Assembly: GCA_964229335.1 (NCBI GenBank) | Contig: CAXRCZ010000008.1 | Coordinates: 1 to 60,187 of the forward strand | DNA from: Minisyncoccia bacterium | Lineage (GTDB): Bacteria > Patescibacteriota > Minisyncoccia > Phycocordibacterales > UBA918 | DNA length: 60,187 bases | Reading direction: 5' to 3' | Shown: positions 57,098 to 60,187 of the stretch, piece by piece | Position numbering within the stretch: position 1 is the first letter of the stretch | How the letters are laid out: the number at the start of each line of letters is the position of its first letter | Notes under the pieces: generated by a model | Told to the model about the DNA's origin: nothing | Database searches by the model: none | The model's input: the letters and a program-made list of their open reading frames with translations, nothing else | Made by a program: the position numbers and the translations under genes

Positions 57098-57232
57098 GAT
57101 TCTCTCCTTGGCTACGTTGCCAAACGTTTGTCTCTCACCCGAGACAAGGGCTGCAACAGAGGTCAATCACAGCCAGCACACAACATAAATGCAGTTTGCT
57201 GGCTGCGATTGAGAGGAGAAATATCTGACTAA

Positions 57233-57260
57233 ACTATATCATAAAATATTGAATTTGCAA
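57233..57260 (-). promoter_or_regulatory. Sigma-70-type promoter for 56483-57097
   Basis: Minus strand TTGCAA-16nt-TATAGT with extended TG. Confidence 0.6.
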
Positions 57261-57307
57261 GGTCTGTGACTTATTCCTTTTCATATCTGACGGTGTTTGT
57301 ACAACAA

Positions 57308-57337
57308 AAAAATCACCGCATTAATGCGGTGATTTTT
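57308..57337. repeat. Perfect 30-bp palindrome, likely terminator; copy 2
   Basis: AAAAATCACCGCATTAATGCGGTGATTTTT, 21 nt after the GH18 stop. Confidence 0.9.
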
Positions 57338-57358
57338 ATTGTGATAGCTTTTGTTTAG

Positions 57359-58579
57359 TTAGAAGAGGTTCCAAATCTTTTTATCTTCTTCACCGTCAAT
57401 CTTGAATACTGCCACGCCACGCAAATTGTATTTATCAGCTAGTTCAAGCTTATCGTCGACCGCCAGAGCGTCGCTCCAGTTCACAAATCTAACTGGGAGC
57501 TCGATGTCAGCCACAGTGGCTACCAAGAGCGCTTTGGCTGCTGCCTCATAGCCAGCTGGAGTACCCTTTGGGGTTGGTAGTTGATCAAATATCTTCCAGA
57601 TTGAATCTTCTGGGAAATAACTAATCACTGCTTCACCTCCGGCACTGCGTCCGATACCGCTATTGTATTTATCAGCTAGTTCTAGGATGCGGGGTTGGTT
57701 AAGGGTAGCGACACGTTTATAGTCTTTATACCAATCTGGCGCTACGGTAATGTCCCACGCCCGGCCATACGTAGCTACGCCAAGCACTACCTTATCTTCA
57801 TCAAAGTCTTCGAGAGCTAGGTCGATAACCTTTTCTACCCATTCCTTGTCCGCTACTGGTGCGTATGGAAGACCTTGTCGCTTTTTATTGAGTTTTAAGT
57901 CTGCGCGCTGTTGGTCATACGCCATGATTTCGATTCGATCACAATGTTTGTTGATTTCTTTGTAATCATTGGCGTAATTGATTGTTTTTGGCACCTGGTG
58001 GTAGAGGGAGTCTGGCGGAGTGCGAGCTTCTACTGTACAAGCTAAAATTTGTTTGCGACCAAGCTCGTCTTTCAGTTCTTCTAAAAATTCTGAGAAGTCG
58101 TCTATGGTTTCGCTATTTTTTCCTTCATAATCAATGTCGACACCGGCAAAATCGTATTCATCTACCATATCTACAATGTCTTCGATATGTTGTTCTCGTG
58201 TTTTTTTGTTACTCAATACCTTATGGATTTGATCGCCTTCAAACCACGCAATAGTTGGGATAATTTCTACCCCCTCATCTCGAGCTTCATCAAACAAATC
58301 TTCCCAATGCTCATCGTCAAAATCAGTTTTATTTACCAACTGACCGTTACTAGTGACCTCAAATACGAAAGGGTAAATGGTGTCCAATTCATCAAGGTTT
58401 TTAAGAGCACTCTCAGCTCCTTCCTCGGCTGCCCACCACGGAATCCAGCCGGCTACTTCACCTGAAAAAGCTGCTGCCTTAACCGGGGTGACTAAAATAG
58501 CCAGTAAAACAAGGCTGATAAGTATTGAGATTGAAAAATCAGCTCTGATAGCAATAGATGTAGTTTGATTTGTATTCAT
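57359..58579 (-). CDS. Secreted glycoside hydrolase family 18
   Basis: Signal/TM segment; catalytic GVDIDYE (DxDxE); MAYD; LGVATYG. Confidence 0.9.
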   Translation of the reverse strand: MNTNQTTSIAIRADFSISILISLVLLAILVTPVKAAAFSGEVAGWIPWWAAEEGAESALKNLDELDTIYPFVFEVTSNGQLVNKTDFDDEHWEDLFDEARDEGVEIIPTIAWFEGDQIHKVLSNKKTREQHIEDIVDMVDEYDFAGVDIDYEGKNSETIDDFSEFLEELKDELGRKQILACTVEARTPPDSLYHQVPKTINYANDYKEINKHCDRIEIMAYDQQRADLKLNKKRQGLPYAPVADKEWVEKVIDLALEDFDEDKVVLGVATYGRAWDITVAPDWYKDYKRVATLNQPRILELADKYNSGIGRSAGGEAVISYFPEDSIWKIFDQLPTPKGTPAGYEAAAKALLVATVADIELPVRFVNWSDALAVDDKLELADKYNLRGVAVFKIDGEEDKKIWNLF

Positions 58580-58612
58580 AGTATTGTTGATGACGAACTT
58601 CTAACACCCCTC

Positions 58613-59047
58613 TTACGCAAATTCTCGCGCGCTGCCTATCACCACTCCCCATACATGACATTCATCGGTGTGATTGAGTATTATCGAAGGGTAGGCGTCA
58701 TTGGCAGATTCTAAGTACCAACCAGAAGTAGTTTGTTTGAGCTTTTTAACCACTAATTCACCGTTTACCGCAGCTACCACAATTGAACCTGAGCGATACT
58801 GGCGTGAGCGATCTACTACCAAAACATCACCGTCAAAAATCTTGGCATCTTCCATAGAATCACCATTGACCCTCACAAAGAAGGTGGCCGTGGGATTTTT
58901 TACCAGCAAGTTTTGCAAATTGAGCGCCTCTTCCACCACGTCGTCGCCTGGCGCTGGGAAGCCAGCACTTGGTTGATTCAAATAGCTTGCTACCGCTGGA
59001 GAATCTATGTCCTGGCACGCTGCTACTATTTTTGCCGTAGTTTTCAT
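58613..59047 (-). CDS. umuD: UmuD-like S24 autoprotease
   Basis: SAGFPAP cleavage site, TFFVRVNGDSM (Ser), LVVKKL (Lys), VWGVV; ATG 59047 overlaps the upstream TGA. Confidence 0.93.
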   Translation of the reverse strand: MKTTAKIVAACQDIDSPAVASYLNQPSAGFPAPGDDVVEEALNLQNLLVKNPTATFFVRVNGDSMEDAKIFDGDVLVVDRSRQYRSGSIVVAAVNGELVVKKLKQTTSGWYLESANDAYPSIILNHTDECHVWGVVIGSAREFA

Positions 59048-60117
59048 CAGACTATAATAGCACCGGCAGTCAAAATAGTATGTACCCAACCCAACACACC
59101 AAGTAGTCCCAGTAATCCAATACTATAGGCGACTTGCATTTTATGAGCTTGCTTGGCTTCATTAACTAATGATAGTAAAAGTAGTACGCACACAACAGCG
59201 GCAACTACGATATACATGAATTGCATAACTTTGCTTGGTGACGTAGCAATTCCAAGTACTGAACCACTGGTGTTGTCGTTATTTTCTACACTTGCCGCGG
59301 CTGGTAGACCGGAGGAAGTGGCAATCGTACTCTCTACCACATATTCTGGAGGTGTATATGGATTTTCAGTCTCTTCGACGCTATTTATAGCCAATTCTTC
59401 AGTATTAGAGACTTCTACATCAACTGAATCGGCTTCTGCCTCTGCAGCAAGGGTAATTGGTGGTGGAGTGGCTTCGGTGACAGACTCGACTGGTTCTTCT
59501 GCTGTTTCTTCAGTATTGATAGTAACTTCTGCTGGTATTGGCTCAGGTGGTGTTGAAGTAGTCGGAGTAGGTGCAGGAGTCGCTGGTGTACCAAAGAGCT
59601 GCACTACATACACCGTCGGATAACCTTCATACTCTCCTTTCGCAGTACCAACACCAATTTCTGTATATGTTCCGTTTACAATGTTGGCACGGTGAGTTGG
59701 TGAATTCATCCAAGCTTCGACCACTTCACTGGAATCAGTGAAGTGCACCGCCAGGTTTTCTCCAGCGTGTGCGTAGCTATAACCAGCTTGTTTGAACCAG
59801 TGCCACGGAGAGGTTCCGTCCGGGGCATAGTGTGAGAAGTACTCATTTTGCGCCATATGCTTGGCTTTGAGAGTAGCTGCTTGATCAAGAATCGGATTAT
59901 GATTTAAATCACCTAGTGACACCCCTTCTCTTTCCTCATTGGTTAAATCTACGACCACCGCTGGCAACACGGTAGAAACCAGCCAATCTGATGATTGCCA
60001 TAGGAGAGCCTGTAAGTTGGCCAACAAGAAAGTTAACAAGGTCATCCCCAGCATTAAAAACAAGGAAATTTTTTGCAGTCGGTCAAATCCCGCGTATTCC
60101 TTAGTCTCTTCTTCCAT
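59047..60117 (-). CDS. CAP (SCP-like) domain protein with N- and C-terminal TM helices
   Basis: LTN.ER, AA..KA.HM....YFSH, AGENLA, AWMNSPTHRANI, EIGVG; P/T/E-rich linker. Confidence 0.92.
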   Translation of the reverse strand: MEEETKEYAGFDRLQKISLFLMLGMTLLTFLLANLQALLWQSSDWLVSTVLPAVVVDLTNEEREGVSLGDLNHNPILDQAATLKAKHMAQNEYFSHYAPDGTSPWHWFKQAGYSYAHAGENLAVHFTDSSEVVEAWMNSPTHRANIVNGTYTEIGVGTAKGEYEGYPTVYVVQLFGTPATPAPTPTTSTPPEPIPAEVTINTEETAEEPVESVTEATPPPITLAAEAEADSVDVEVSNTEELAINSVEETENPYTPPEYVVESTIATSSGLPAAASVENNDNTSGSVLGIATSPSKVMQFMYIVVAAVVCVLLLLSLVNEAKQAHKMQVAYSIGLLGLLGVLGWVHTILTAGAIIV

Positions 60118-60187
60118 TATTCTAAGAGTACCAGCCCAGAACCCTTTTTCAAACCCTCTGTAGTGCGAAAAATCGGCCCTAGGGCCG
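60117..60187 (-). CDS. 3' end of an upstream CDS cut by the window edge
   Basis: Open frame ...ALGPIFRTTEGLKKGSGLVLLE* whose TAA overlaps the CAP gene ATG (TAATG). Confidence 0.45.
   Translation of the reverse strand, partial: ALGPIFRTTEGLKKGSGLVLLE

Noticed and set aside
324-60163. Many 60-180 aa ORFs antisense or out of frame within long genes (e.g. 926-1273, 5793-6251, 14170-14703, 30545-31174, 51432-51926, 59153-59623)
   Set aside because: Shadow ORFs of well-supported genes, with no motifs or independent expression signals
60174-60187. 14-bp palindrome CGGCCCTAGGGCCG at the window end
   Set aside because: Short, lies inside a probable CDS, and is truncated by the window edge, so it cannot be evaluated

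Overview
This is a 60-kb chromosomal segment of a small-genome bacterium, most consistent with Patescibacteria/CPR (Parcubacteria-like). That assignment is inferred from the truncated AlaRS, UvrC and L13, the typical hypothetical families and the absence of biosynthetic genes. Almost all genes lie on the minus strand. Core content: dnaK-grpE; the infA-rpmJ-rpsM-rpsK-rpsD-rpoA-rplQ-rplM-rpsI cluster (rpmJ was missed by the ORF track); alaS, leuS, mnmA, mltG, ychF, ddl, uvrA/B/C, tgt; an RND efflux pair; two convergent tRNA-Ala genes; a two-component locus; a WxL-like/DUF916-like/cohesin/Hsp20 surface cluster; and umuD and umuC separated by two genes. The most unusual signals are: (1) a structured ~230-bp element at the tRNA-Ala(GGC) 3' end carrying inverted and direct copies of the T-arm; (2) loop-less perfect palindromes of 40, 38 and 30 bp; (3) a GC-rich CPR-family gene resembling a DGR target, with a structured leader, inside the umuD/umuC interval; (4) apparently leaderless core genes contrasted with self-contained, SD-led orphan cassettes mostly on the opposite strand; (5) a candidate terminator/antiterminator switch upstream of the surface cluster. 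No CRISPR array, rRNA, integrase, transposase or reverse transcriptase was seen. All family calls come from motif recognition, not database searches.
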